Assembly (NCBI GenBank): GCA_965203515.1
Contig: OZ241907.1
Location: 1,594,129-1,658,128, forward strand
From: Spirochaetia bacterium
Lineage (GTDB): Bacteria > Spirochaetota > Spirochaetia > SZUA-6 > Bin103
Direction: 5' to 3'
Length of the DNA stretch: 64,000 nt
This document shows, piece by piece, positions 51,185-60,519 of the stretch. The notes under the pieces are model-generated. The model did no database searches. It was given only the letters and a program-made list of their open reading frames with translations, and had not been told where the DNA came from. A program made the position numbers and the translations under genes. Each line of letters begins with the position of its first letter. The stretch's first letter is position 1.

Positions 51185-52096
51185 TTATGCGGTCAACGCG
51201 GCGCGCGGTACGGCGGCGACCACCGAATAGTTGGGGTCGCACACGTTGCCGACCCGCAGCTCCAGGGTCTGCGTAATCCAGATCAGGGCGTCGGTGGCGT
51301 CCATGCCGTAGTCGGCGGCCACCCACTCGACCAGCTCGGTCGCGGCGATGCGGGTAGCGTCCTCCAGCGGGCGGGCGCTGCCGATCACCATCAGGTGCGT
51401 GTCGTTGGTGACGCGCGGCCAGCCGATCGCCTGCCGCTTGACGACCTCGAACCGGCAGATCAGGTTGACCGGCACCTCGCAGGCGACGCCGCCGATCTCG
51501 CCATGGCCCTGCGTGGCGTGGCCGTCGCCGCAGAAGAACAGGGCGCCGTCGTTGCGCACCGGCAGGTGCAGGGTGTTGCCCGCGCAGGTCTCCGGGCAGT
51601 CCATGTTGCCGCCGTAGCTCGACGGGGTCAGGGCGTTGATCGCCTCCAGCTTCGGGGCGGTGCCGATGGTGCCCATGAACGGCGACAGCGGCCGGCTGAG
51701 CCGGCCGAACCAGACGCGGCCGTCGCGGATCGGGACCTTGCGGACCACCTCCGGCAGGGCGTCGGTGAGCATGGCGGTGGCGGCGGTGCCGGTGAGCAGG
51801 CCGAAGCGCGGCACCAGACCGGTCACCGCCCAGTCGCGGGTGATCTCGATGTCGTCGATGTGGACCAGCAGGGTATCGCCCTCCTCGGCGCCTTCGACGT
51901 AGACGGGGCCGGTCTGCGGATTGAGATACGGGTACTGGCAGACGTCGGCGTAGCGCTGGGACTCGTCGACCAGACGGTTCTCGAAGCAGTCGACGCAGTG
52001 GATGCGCACCTGCCGGCCCGGCGGTACGCGGGCGACGGCCGCGTGGTCGGCGGAATAGGTGTAGCGGTACGGGCCCGGCTGGCGGACTTCGATCAC
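51185..52096 (-). CDS. Acetamidase/formamidase family protein
   Basis: NPQTGPVYVEGA, PFMGTIGTAP, GGNMD, GDGHATQGHGE. Confidence 0.93.
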   Translation of the reverse strand: MIEVRQPGPYRYTYSADHAAVARVPPGRQVRIHCVDCFENRLVDESQRYADVCQYPYLNPQTGPVYVEGAEEGDTLLVHIDDIEITRDWAVTGLVPRFGLLTGTAATAMLTDALPEVVRKVPIRDGRVWFGRLSRPLSPFMGTIGTAPKLEAINALTPSSYGGNMDCPETCAGNTLHLPVRNDGALFFCGDGHATQGHGEIGGVACEVPVNLICRFEVVKRQAIGWPRVTNDTHLMVIGSARPLEDATRIAATELVEWVAADYGMDATDALIWITQTLELRVGNVCDPNYSVVAAVPRAALTA

Positions 52097-52142
52097 GGCG
52101 CCACGATAGCACGCCGGCGCGTCCCCGGCGGCGGCCGATCGT

Positions 52143-53027
52143 TCAGACGCGCAGCAGCGGTTGCAGGTCGGCGAGGACCTGGTCGAGCTCGCGGCGGTCC
52201 TCGGCGTCGAGCCGGACGCCCGGAACGCGGGTCGCCGTGGAGCCGAACACGCCGCGGCGCGCCAGCACCTCCTTGCAGACGGCGAGGCCGAGCAGGCAGG
52301 CCAGGTTGATCAGCGGCAGCAGCCGGTTGAACAGCTCGCGCGCCCGCGCTTCGTCGCCGGCGCGCCACGCATCCCAGACCTGCACGTGCACGTCGGTCAT
52401 CTCCGTGGCCGGCATGAAGCCGGCCGCCCCGCGGCGCAGCTCCGACAGCATCCAGCGCCCGTGCGCGCCGCCGAACACACCGCCGCACGCGGCCCCGCAC
52501 CGCGCGACCAGCGCGCCGACCCGGTGAGCGCTCGGATCGCTCTCCTCCTTGACGTACGCCACGTGCGGTATCCCCAGCAGCCGCTCCAGGAACGCGGCGT
52601 CCATGCCGCCGTCCGAGTGCTGGATGAAGACCGGCCGGCCGGCCGCCTCCGCGATCGCGCGATAGTAGCCCTCCAGCTCGTCCGCGCCGGGCCGGTCGGG
52701 ATACGGCGGCAGCGCGATCACGGCGTCCGCCCCGCAACCGGCCGCGTGCCGGGCATGCTCGGCCGCCGCCCGCGGCGTCGGCGCGGCGACGCCCGCCACC
52801 ACCGGCGCGCGGCCGCCGGCCTGCCGCACGACCACCTCCACCGCGGCGCGCCGCTCGGCGTCCGACAGGTACTGGAACTCGCTGGCCAGCACCGGGAACA
52901 CCAACCCATGAGCGCCGGCCGCCACGCCGAAGTCCACCTCCCGCCGCAACGCATCCGCATCGATCGAACCGTCGTCGGCGAACGGCGTCAGCACCACCGG
53001 AAAGATGCCGCGCAACGGCCCGCTCAC
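52143..53027 (-). CDS. Dihydrodipicolinate synthase family protein
   Basis: GIFPVVLTPF, ASE, YVKEE. Confidence 0.88.
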   Translation of the reverse strand: MSGPLRGIFPVVLTPFADDGSIDADALRREVDFGVAAGAHGLVFPVLASEFQYLSDAERRAAVEVVVRQAGGRAPVVAGVAAPTPRAAAEHARHAAGCGADAVIALPPYPDRPGADELEGYYRAIAEAAGRPVFIQHSDGGMDAAFLERLLGIPHVAYVKEESDPSAHRVGALVARCGAACGGVFGGAHGRWMLSELRRGAAGFMPATEMTDVHVQVWDAWRAGDEARARELFNRLLPLINLACLLGLAVCKEVLARRGVFGSTATRVPGVRLDAEDRRELDQVLADLQPLLRV

Positions 53028-54196
53028 GCCGATCCTCCGTCACCGCCGCGGCGGTGCTCCCGTATGTAGTCCCAGTCGATCCGGTATCCCATGCCCGGCT
53101 GCATCGGCACGCGCACGCAGCCGTCGGCGTCGAGCGGGTCGCACAGTTCCTGCAGGTACGGCTCCGGCGTCTCGTAATCGATGCCCGGCGCCAGCAGACC
53201 GCGCTCGTAGTAGCGGCAGGTATCCTCGCTGGTGGCGCCCAGCACCTGCAGGTTGCCGAAGCCGGCCATGTGGATCTCCAGGCGCACGCCGAACGCCTCG
53301 CAGACCGCGGCGGTCTTCAGGCAACCGGTCACGCCGCCGCGCAGCACGTCGATGCGGCTCATGTCGGCGGCCCCGCGCCGTATCCATTCGGCCCGCGTGT
53401 AGAGGCTGCCGGCCGCGATCTCCGGCGCCAGAATCGGGATCGCCAGCTCCGCCGACAGCTTCTCATACGCCGCCACCTGATACTCGTTCAGCGGGTGCTC
53501 GTACCAGACGAACCCCAACTCCTCCAGCCGCCGCCCGACCCAGACCGCCTCTTCGTACGTCCGGTACGTGCCCCACACGTCGAAGCTCAGTTCCATTTCC
53601 GGCCCTACCGCGTCGCGGACCGCCCGGCACGCGGCTACGTCATGCTCGACGTGCGACGGGCGGCCGGGATCGGGCCGGCCGGTCGCCGGGTCCCAGAAGT
53701 AGTAGGGGTGTATCTTGTAGTGGCGGTAGCCCTGCCGCTTGCAGGCGGCCGCGTGCTGCGCGTACACCTCCGGCGGCCCCAGGTTCGGGAAGGTGCTGGC
53801 GTAGGCGCGGACGCGGTCCCGGCAGCCGCCGGCCAGCTTGCAGACCGGGACGCCGAGCGTCCGCCCCTGCAGGTCCCAGAGCGCGTTGTCCAGCACGCTG
53901 ATCAGGTGCTCGGGCAAATTGGCCACCCACAGCCAGCGCCAGAACTTCTCCCGATCGAACGGGTCGTGGCCGACCACCAGATCGCGGATGCGACCGGTCA
54001 GCAGTTGGCGGTCGGCGGCGTTCAGGCCGATCTGGTCGCCATGGCCGCCGCCGCCGAAGTAGCAGCCTTCGGCTCCCTGGTCGGTGACCACGCGGGTCAC
54101 CGTCTGCAGCGTATCGGCCGGCGGGCGCACCTCCGCGTCGTGGAACCCCCGCCGCCGAACGGTGAAGGGAATCACCTGCACGTCGCTGATCTTCAT
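53024..54196 (-). CDS. Mandelate racemase/enolase superfamily protein
   Basis: DNALWDL, YKIH, WYEHP, GGVTG, LEIH, YYERG. Confidence 0.9.
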   Translation of the reverse strand: MKISDVQVIPFTVRRRGFHDAEVRPPADTLQTVTRVVTDQGAEGCYFGGGGHGDQIGLNAADRQLLTGRIRDLVVGHDPFDREKFWRWLWVANLPEHLISVLDNALWDLQGRTLGVPVCKLAGGCRDRVRAYASTFPNLGPPEVYAQHAAACKRQGYRHYKIHPYYFWDPATGRPDPGRPSHVEHDVAACRAVRDAVGPEMELSFDVWGTYRTYEEAVWVGRRLEELGFVWYEHPLNEYQVAAYEKLSAELAIPILAPEIAAGSLYTRAEWIRRGAADMSRIDVLRGGVTGCLKTAAVCEAFGVRLEIHMAGFGNLQVLGATSEDTCRYYERGLLAPGIDYETPEPYLQELCDPLDADGCVRVPMQPGMGYRIDWDYIREHRRGGDGGSA

Positions 54197-54218
54197 CCGA
54201 TACGCTCGGCCCGGCGTA

Positions 54219-54292
54219 TGGGCGATACTGGACTCGAACCAGTGACCCCTAGCATGTCAAGCTAGTACTCTAGCCATCTGAGCTAATCGCCC
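54219..54292 (-). tRNA. tRNA-Val(GAC)
   Basis: GGGCGATTAGCTCAGATGGCTAGAGTACTAGCTTGACATGCTAGGGGTCACTGGTTCGAGTCCAGTATCGCCCA. Confidence 0.95.
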
Positions 54293-54326
54293 CAGGATGG
54301 AACCTTCCGCGTGCGGCGCGGCGCTG

Positions 54327-54617
54327 TCAAGCGCCCCACGCGATCGCGTCGATCGCCGACGCCAAGTCCACGTCCAGCCGCGTGATGCGATCCCCGACGT
54401 CGTGCGTGCTGAGGCGGATGCGGACCGTGCCGTACACGTTCCATATCTCGGGGTGGTGGTTGGCCGCTTCGGCGGCGAAGGCGATGCGGACGATGAAGGA
54501 GACCGCCTCACGGAAGCTCCCGAACCGGAACTCCCGCTGCAGGGCGTCCCCGTCCCGGCTCCAGCCGTCCAGGCTCGCTACGGCCTCCCGGATCTGATCG
54601 TCGGAGAGGGCTGCCAT
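54327..54617 (-). CDS. Pterin-4a-carbinolamine dehydratase
   Basis: AEAANHHPE, LSTHD, ITRLDVDLA. Confidence 0.93.
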   Translation of the reverse strand: MAALSDDQIREAVASLDGWSRDGDALQREFRFGSFREAVSFIVRIAFAAEAANHHPEIWNVYGTVRIRLSTHDVGDRITRLDVDLASAIDAIAWGA

Positions 54618-54678
54618 CGGCACAGCCTACCCGCCGCCCGCCCCGCCCGTCCACCGGCCCTGGCCCTCCGGGACCGAC

Positions 54679-54707
54679 TTGACCCGCGTGCCGGGATGTG
54701 GTACAAG
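54679..54707 (+). promoter_or_regulatory. Putative promoter of tRNA-Asn
   Basis: TTGACC, 17-nt spacer ending TGTGG, TACAAG. Confidence 0.6.
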
Positions 54708-54745
54708 TGGATCGGCGTTGGGCGGCGCGCCGCCCAACGCCCCGA

Positions 54746-54818
54746 TCCCCTGTAGCTCAGTTGGTAGAGCGGATGGCTGTTAACCATCATGTCGCATGTT
54801 CGAGTCATGCCGGGGGAG
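54746..54818 (+). tRNA. tRNA-Asn(GUU)
   Basis: TCCCCTGTAGCTCAGTTGGTAGAGCGGATGGCTGTTAACCATCATGTCGCATGTTCGAGTCATGCCGGGGGAG. Confidence 0.95.
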
Positions 54819-55205
54819 CTACCACCGGAGGCGCAACCTGACGCGCGTTACGGCAATGCACCTGCTCCCCATCGACCGCACCGTTCGGAGGCCATGGCAT
54901 GGATCGGATTCCCACGACGATCTGGGGTGCGGGCTACCCTGTGAAGATAGGGCATGAGAAGAGGAGAGAATGACCTGCTGTATGTCGACAAGGACGGACT
55001 GGTGCACTTTCCGCCGTCTTGGACCGAGCAGGCGAAAGAGAACTGGTTCGCTAACCTGCGGGACAAGAATGAAGATGAGACGCCGCCAGGTATGCCGACC
55101 GTCTACATCACCGGCATCTATGGCGCCTCGGGGAACGTCCCACGGGTCGACTCCGAATGGGATGGTTCACTTCCCGCCGGACTGGACAGAGGAAGCCAAG
55201 GCAGC

Positions 55206-55670
55206 ATGGCTCACATAAACCGCCGTCCGGTCTGGTTCGTCGGGGCCAAGTGGCACGACCACGAGCCGCCGGATCAGACCGAACGTTTCCTGGCGGAAGG
55301 AGTATGGGAAGGATACGCCGATCAGCACCTCGATGACGTCAAGTCGGTCCAGCGCGGCGACAGGATCGTCATCAAATCGACGTACACCCGGAAGCACGGG
55401 TTGCCGTTCGACAATCGTGGAAAACCGGTCTCGACAATGATGATCAAGGCCGTCGGCGAAGTCACGGAGAACCCCCGCGATGGCCGTCGATTGAAGGTGA
55501 CCTGGAAGCCGGTGCTCCCCCCGCGGGAGTGGTACTTCTACACCTATCGCAGGACGGTCTGGAAAGTGCAGCGCTCGTCGGAAGCATCGTCGAAAGCAGA
55601 CGCGCTGATCCGGTTCGCGCTCGACGGAGAGGAGCAGGACTTCGAGACCTTCCTGAAAGCGCCATGCTAG
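55206..55670 (+). CDS. Detached N-terminal (putative DNA-recognition) domain of McrB
   Basis: VWFVGA..DQTERFLAEGVW..GDRIVIKSTYTRKHGLPFDNRG..REWYFYT; I recall this domain fused to McrB-type AAA+ proteins. The ORF is open upstream to 54954. Confidence 0.65.
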   Translation: MAHINRRPVWFVGAKWHDHEPPDQTERFLAEGVWEGYADQHLDDVKSVQRGDRIVIKSTYTRKHGLPFDNRGKPVSTMMIKAVGEVTENPRDGRRLKVTWKPVLPPREWYFYTYRRTVWKVQRSSEASSKADALIRFALDGEEQDFETFLKAPC

Positions 55671-57346
55671 GGGTACAGGCATCGGTTGAATGGGCCGCGT
55701 TCTTCTCCGATATGGCTGACAATCTGCTGCAATACCGGGACCACCGCGAGGCGTTAATCACTAAGGTGATCGCCATTTCCCGGAGTCTGGGAATGGCGTC
55801 TAGTGACAAGTTCGCGGGTGACACTGAGGGAGACATCCAGGATATCTGCCCGTTTTCTACATTCGGATGCTTCAACAGATCCAATCAGGCGGATCCCAAA
55901 CGGATGACCTTCGCCGAAGAGCTTGCGAGCTTTCTGCAAGTGCGAAGGCCGGTGCCAACGTTGAACTCGAACGAAGATGGTATCCCGTCACTCGATCCGA
56001 AAAGGCTCTGGGTCTTCCCTTTCGAAAAGGATCGGAACCGAGACGACATCGACTCTTTATGGGCACTCTTCGTGGACGCCATCAAACTCGCCGATGCGGG
56101 TGATGGAGATGATGACAACGTCCGCTCGGCATTCGTACGGTCTTACGACAAGATATGTCCACGAAAGGGCAAAGGTGTCATCAAGGGCGTCGGCACCACT
56201 ACACTTACCATCGGACTCTACTGGATACGTCCATATATATTTCCGCCTTTGGATAAGCACTCGATCAAGTACATAAAAGAGACCCTCGGGGAACATGTAC
56301 CGGAGGAGCCGAAGGCCCAAGACTACCTAGGACTCAGGGACAGACTACTGGAACGGTTCGATAATCCGGATGCTCCGGTCCACTCGTTCCCGGAGTTGAC
56401 GCGGTCAGCGTATAACCGAAGCGACTCCAACGGTGACGACCCCGGTCCAGAGCCGCCGCCCGCCGGGTACACCATCGACCATATTCTCGCCGATGGCTGC
56501 TTCCTTTCACGGGAGTCGCTCGAGAAAGTGATTGGCCGGCTGCGGACTCGGAAGAACCTGATTCTGCAGGGACCGCCGGGGACGGGCAAGACCTGGTTGG
56601 CCAAGAGATTGGCGTTCGCCTTGCTCGGCCGCAAGGATGAGGGCCGAATCCGCCATCTCCAATTTCACCCCAACCTGTCATACGAGGACTTCGTGCGCGG
56701 CCATCGTCCCGTCGAAGGACGACTGGAGCTGACCGACGGGCCGTTCCTGAAGATCACGCAGGAAGCGCGGAACGATCCCGACCACGCCTACGTTGTCGTC
56801 ATCGAGGAGATCAATCGCGGGAACCCGGCGCAGATCTTCGGAGAGGTGCTCACGTTGTTGGAGGCCGACAAGCGGACGCCGGACGAGGCGCTGGCGCTCG
56901 CCTTTCCCCGTGCTGAGGACGAGCGGGTCCACGTTCCGCCAAACGTCTATCTGATCGGCACCATGAACGTCGCCGACCGGTCGCTGGCCCTGGTCGATCT
57001 GGCGCTGCGCCGCCGGTTCGCGTTCGTCGATCTGGAGCCGGTCTTCGGCGTGTCGTGGCGCCGGTGGATGCGGGATCATGGAGGACTTGCCGACGCCTTC
57101 CTGCGGAGGATCGAGCAACGCATGATCGCTCTGAACGAGGAGATATCCGCCGATCACGGTCTCGGCAGGCAGTTCCGGGTGGGCCACAGCTATCTTACGG
57201 TGCCGCCGGAGACCCGCATCGCCAACCGGGAAGCGTGGTACCGCGAGGTGGTCGAAACGGAGATCGGGCCGCTGCTCCGCGAATACTGGTTCGACCAGCC
57301 CGACAAGGCCGATGCTCAGGAGAAGCACCTGCTCACGGACTTCTGA
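55664..57346 (+). CDS. mcrB: McrB-family AAA+ GTPase
   Basis: NLILQGPPGTGKT, QFHPNLSYEDFV, IEEINRG, GTMNVADRS, ALRRRF, GHSY. Confidence 0.92.
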   Translation: MLGVQASVEWAAFFSDMADNLLQYRDHREALITKVIAISRSLGMASSDKFAGDTEGDIQDICPFSTFGCFNRSNQADPKRMTFAEELASFLQVRRPVPTLNSNEDGIPSLDPKRLWVFPFEKDRNRDDIDSLWALFVDAIKLADAGDGDDDNVRSAFVRSYDKICPRKGKGVIKGVGTTTLTIGLYWIRPYIFPPLDKHSIKYIKETLGEHVPEEPKAQDYLGLRDRLLERFDNPDAPVHSFPELTRSAYNRSDSNGDDPGPEPPPAGYTIDHILADGCFLSRESLEKVIGRLRTRKNLILQGPPGTGKTWLAKRLAFALLGRKDEGRIRHLQFHPNLSYEDFVRGHRPVEGRLELTDGPFLKITQEARNDPDHAYVVVIEEINRGNPAQIFGEVLTLLEADKRTPDEALALAFPRAEDERVHVPPNVYLIGTMNVADRSLALVDLALRRRFAFVDLEPVFGVSWRRWMRDHGGLADAFLRRIEQRMIALNEEISADHGLGRQFRVGHSYLTVPPETRIANREAWYREVVETEIGPLLREYWFDQPDKADAQEKHLLTDF

Positions 57347-58503
57347 TGGCGCCCGACGGTACGGCGGCGGCGCGGCCCGCCGCGAGTGAGCCGGCGGTCG
57401 CCGCTGGCCGCGGCAACGTCGGCCGGATTCCGGTCCGCAACATCTGGCTGCTGATGCTGTACGCCTCCCGTCTCTACCGGGAGCTGCCGCCGGCGCGGCG
57501 GGTCGCCATTGAGGATAACCCGGATGAGCTCCCCGACTTGGTAGCGCAGCTCCTTACCCGTGCCGTCGAGCGGCGGCTGCGGCGCAACCTGAGCTTCGCG
57601 TTCCAGGAAACCAGCGCGGACCTGCGGCGGGTGCGCGGCCGCATCGACCTGCTGCGCACCGAACGGCGTCACCTGCTGCGGCGGGGCCGAGTCGCTTGCC
57701 GGTACGAGGAACTGACGGTCGACACGCCGCGCAACCGGTACGTACGGGCCGCGGCGCAGAAGTTGGTCACGGTCGTCGGCGCGGCGCACCTCGTTTCCCG
57801 GTGCCGCGCCGCGGACGCCCGCCTGGAGGCCGCCGGCGTGAGCTCAGACCCGGCCCTGGCCAGCCCGCGGGGGCGGAGCGCCGCCGCCGAGTTGCGGGGA
57901 CGCATGGACCCGGAGGACCGGACCATGATGGCCGCCGCCGAACTCGCCTTCAGCCTTGCGCTGCCAACCGAGACCGCCGGCGGAACCTATCTGCGTTCGC
58001 CCGACCGCGATGAGGTCTGGGCGCGGCGGTTGTTCGAGGCGGCGGTGGGCGGCTTCTACCAGGTAGTGTTGGCGCCAAAGTGGAGCACGCAGACGGGGAG
58101 GCTGATGCGTTGGCAAGTGGACGGCAGCACCTCTCGACTGCGCGAGCTGCTGCCGTCGATGACGGCCGACATAGTGCTCGAATCCCGCGACCGGCGAATC
58201 ATCATCGACACCAAGTTCACGTCGATTGTGACCGCGGGTCACTACCGGCAGGCGACGCTCAGCAGCGAACACCTCTACCAGCTCTACTCCTACGTGCGGT
58301 CTCAGGAGCGACCGGACGATCCGCGGTCGCTCGGCGCGACCGGAATGTTGCTGCACCCGTCAGTCCGGGAAGACGTCTACGAAGCCGCGGTCATTCAGGG
58401 CCACGAAGTGCGCTTCGCCACCGTCGATCTCGCGGCCTGCAGCCGAACGATACGGGAACGGCTGCTGCAGGTGGTGGCCGGAAGCCTGTTCGACCGTGAG
58501 TGA
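57346..58503 (+). CDS. mcrC: McrC restriction endonuclease subunit
   Basis: IPVRNIWLLMLYA, DTPRNR, LFEAAV, ADIVL..IIDTK, LYQLYSY; start overlaps the mcrB stop. Confidence 0.92.
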   Translation: MAPDGTAAARPAASEPAVAAGRGNVGRIPVRNIWLLMLYASRLYRELPPARRVAIEDNPDELPDLVAQLLTRAVERRLRRNLSFAFQETSADLRRVRGRIDLLRTERRHLLRRGRVACRYEELTVDTPRNRYVRAAAQKLVTVVGAAHLVSRCRAADARLEAAGVSSDPALASPRGRSAAAELRGRMDPEDRTMMAAAELAFSLALPTETAGGTYLRSPDRDEVWARRLFEAAVGGFYQVVLAPKWSTQTGRLMRWQVDGSTSRLRELLPSMTADIVLESRDRRIIIDTKFTSIVTAGHYRQATLSSEHLYQLYSYVRSQERPDDPRSLGATGMLLHPSVREDVYEAAVIQGHEVRFATVDLAACSRTIRERLLQVVAGSLFDRE

Positions 58504-58509
58504 CCTGAC

Positions 58510-60270
58510 TCACCCTTCCACTACCTGAACCCGAAGCTGCTTGCCGTACAGCGTTTGGCGCGCCCAATACAGGTTCTGGTACCGATCGTAGCCGCCCTCT
58601 GCCAGTGTTGCCGTGGCTGTCGCGGTGGTGCCGCCTGGCGGCGCGGCCTGAAAGGTAACGGTCGGGGCCAGCAGGTAACCGCTTCCCGGGTTCGTAATCG
58701 TCACTGACGCTACCTCGTATTGCATAGCCGCGGTGGCGGTTGCGGTGGTGCCGCCGGACGGCGCGGCCGTAAAGGAAACGGTGGGGGCGGAGGTGTAGCC
58801 GCTCCCCGCGTTCGTGACCGTCACTGACGCTACCTCGTATTGCATAGCCGCGGTGGCGGCCGCGGTGGTGCCGCCGGACGGCGCGGCCGTGAAGGAAACG
58901 GTGGGGGCGGAGGTGTAGCCGCTCCCCGCGTTCGTGACCGTCACTGACGCTACCTCGTATTGCATAGCCGCGGTGGCGGCTGCGGTGGTGCCGCCGGACG
59001 GCGCGGCCGCAAAGGAAACGGTGGGGGCGGAGGTGTAGCCGTTCCCACCGTTCGTGACCGTCACTGACGTTACGCCGGTTTGCAGCACCGCGGTGGCGGT
59101 CGGGGTGATGCCGATGCCGAGGGGCGCCGAAAAGGTAACGGTCGGGGCCGACGTGTAGCCGCTCCCGGCGTTCGTGATCGTCACGGAAGTGATCTGACCC
59201 GCGGAGTTCCTGGACGCGGTGCCGGTTGCGGTGGTGCCGCCGGACGGCGCGGCCGTAAAGGTCACGGACGGGATATTCAAAATGTAGCCGCTCCCGCCGG
59301 TGTTTATCGTCACCGACGCGACGCTGCCGGGACCTGCCGCGGTGCCGGTTGCGGCAGTGCCGCCGGACGGCGCGGCCGTAAAGGTGACGGACGGGACCGA
59401 GGTGTAGCCGCTCCCGGCAGTCGTTATCGTCACGGCATCGACGCTACCGGACCCCGCCGCGGTACCGGTTGCGGCAGTGCCGCCGGACGGCGCGGCCGTA
59501 AAGGTGACGGACGGGACCGAGGTGTAGCCGCTCCCGGCAGTCGTTATCGTCACGGCATCGACGCTACCGGACCCCGCCGCGGTACCGGTTGCGGCAGTGC
59601 CGCCGGACGGCGCGGCCGAAAAGGTGACGGCGGGGACCGAAGTGTAGCCGCTCCCCGCGTTCGTGATCGTCACGGCATCGACGCTGCCGGACCCCGCCGC
59701 GGTACCGGTTGCGGCAGTGCCGCCGGACGGCGCGGCCGAAAAGGTGACGGCGGGGACCGAGGTGTAGCCGCTCCCCGCGTTGGTGACCGTGACGGACTCG
59801 ACGAAGCCTGCGCTTTCCGTCTGATCCTCGGCGGTGAGCACGAGCACCACTGTGCCCGCCCGGACCTCCGGGGTGACCGTCCACTCCGCACCGGAGATAT
59901 CGGACGCGAAGACCGGCTTCGCACTCGTACTCGTGAACGGCAGCGCATGCCCGCCGATCGAAACGCGCACGTCGTCGCCGCCGGTGATCCGGTCCCAGGC
60001 ATACGGCGCCGAACGGTTGACCGTCTGGCTCAGCAGGTTGGCGTCATCACCAAAGTGCGCCGCGCTGATCGTCCAGCGCTTCTCGGCCGGCTGCGAGGTC
60101 GGCGGCGGCTCGCTCGGTGGCTTACCCCCCCCCCCCCCCCCCCCAGAGCCGGCGTCGGCGGGAGCAGCAGCGGCCGGCCGCGCCGCCTCGCCGCAGGCCA
60201 GCATGGCGATGCCGGCAGCCGCCACGAGCGCGAGCAACGCTGCCTTACGAGCCGGGTGGGCGGGGTTCAT
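58510..60270 (-). CDS. Lipoprotein with 10 GSGYTS-type repeats (paralog 3), in frame
   Basis: RBS GGAGG, ATG 60270, signal peptide ending MLA-C, G20-encoded Gly7 linker, conserved N-domain, 10 repeats, NLYWARQTLYG motif. Confidence 0.88.
   Translation of the reverse strand: MNPAHPARKAALLALVAAAGIAMLACGEAARPAAAAPADAGSGGGGGGGKPPSEPPPTSQPAEKRWTISAAHFGDDANLLSQTVNRSAPYAWDRITGGDDVRVSIGGHALPFTSTSAKPVFASDISGAEWTVTPEVRAGTVVLVLTAEDQTESAGFVESVTVTNAGSGYTSVPAVTFSAAPSGGTAATGTAAGSGSVDAVTITNAGSGYTSVPAVTFSAAPSGGTAATGTAAGSGSVDAVTITTAGSGYTSVPSVTFTAAPSGGTAATGTAAGSGSVDAVTITTAGSGYTSVPSVTFTAAPSGGTAATGTAAGPGSVASVTINTGGSGYILNIPSVTFTAAPSGGTTATGTASRNSAGQITSVTITNAGSGYTSAPTVTFSAPLGIGITPTATAVLQTGVTSVTVTNGGNGYTSAPTVSFAAAPSGGTTAAATAAMQYEVASVTVTNAGSGYTSAPTVSFTAAPSGGTTAAATAAMQYEVASVTVTNAGSGYTSAPTVSFTAAPSGGTTATATAAMQYEVASVTITNPGSGYLLAPTVTFQAAPPGGTTATATATLAEGGYDRYQNLYWARQTLYGKQLRVQVVEG
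58681..59070. repeat. 120-bp near-identical tandem repeat, C-terminal arm of paralog 3
   Basis: Sequence lines recur every 120 bp (e.g. tcactgacgctacctcgtattgcatagccg at 58701, 58821, 58941). Confidence 0.9.
59320..59790. repeat. 120-bp near-identical tandem repeat, N-terminal arm of paralog 3
   Basis: gcggcagtgccgccggacgg at 59351, 59471, 59591, 59711. Confidence 0.9.
60125..60144. repeat. C20 (sense G20) homopolymer in the coding linker of paralog 3; in frame
   Basis: TCT-G20-T-AAG encodes seven Gly codons. Confidence 0.9.
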
Positions 60271-60367
60271 GCTTCGTCCTGCCTCCTGCAGAGACATCGT
60301 GCGGATGAATGGGCGATGCGCAAGGGAATCGACGCACGACGGTGATGGCCGCGGCTTAGCAGGCCTT

Positions 60368-60384
60368 GGGGGGGGGGGGGGGGG
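60368..60384. repeat. G17 (sense C17) homopolymer upstream of paralog 3
   Basis: Counted directly. Confidence 0.9.
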
Positions 60385-60519
60385 AGGATTTGGTTGTCGG
60401 GGCTCATGCTTTGATCTGCCTCCATGCCTGCAGGACATCCTGCCGGATGAAATGGGCGACGCGCAAGCGGTCGGCTTGATCCTCGCCTCGCCTGACCTGA
60501 CCGGAACCGGCGCGACCGC

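Noticed and set aside
54746-58503. Integrative element at tRNA-Asn carrying mcrBC
   Set aside because: No integrase, and I found no duplicated tRNA 3' end (att site) by eye.
58681-59790. 120-bp periodic repeats as a CRISPR array
   Set aside because: Units are contiguous, in-frame coding repeats without unique spacers, and there are no cas genes.
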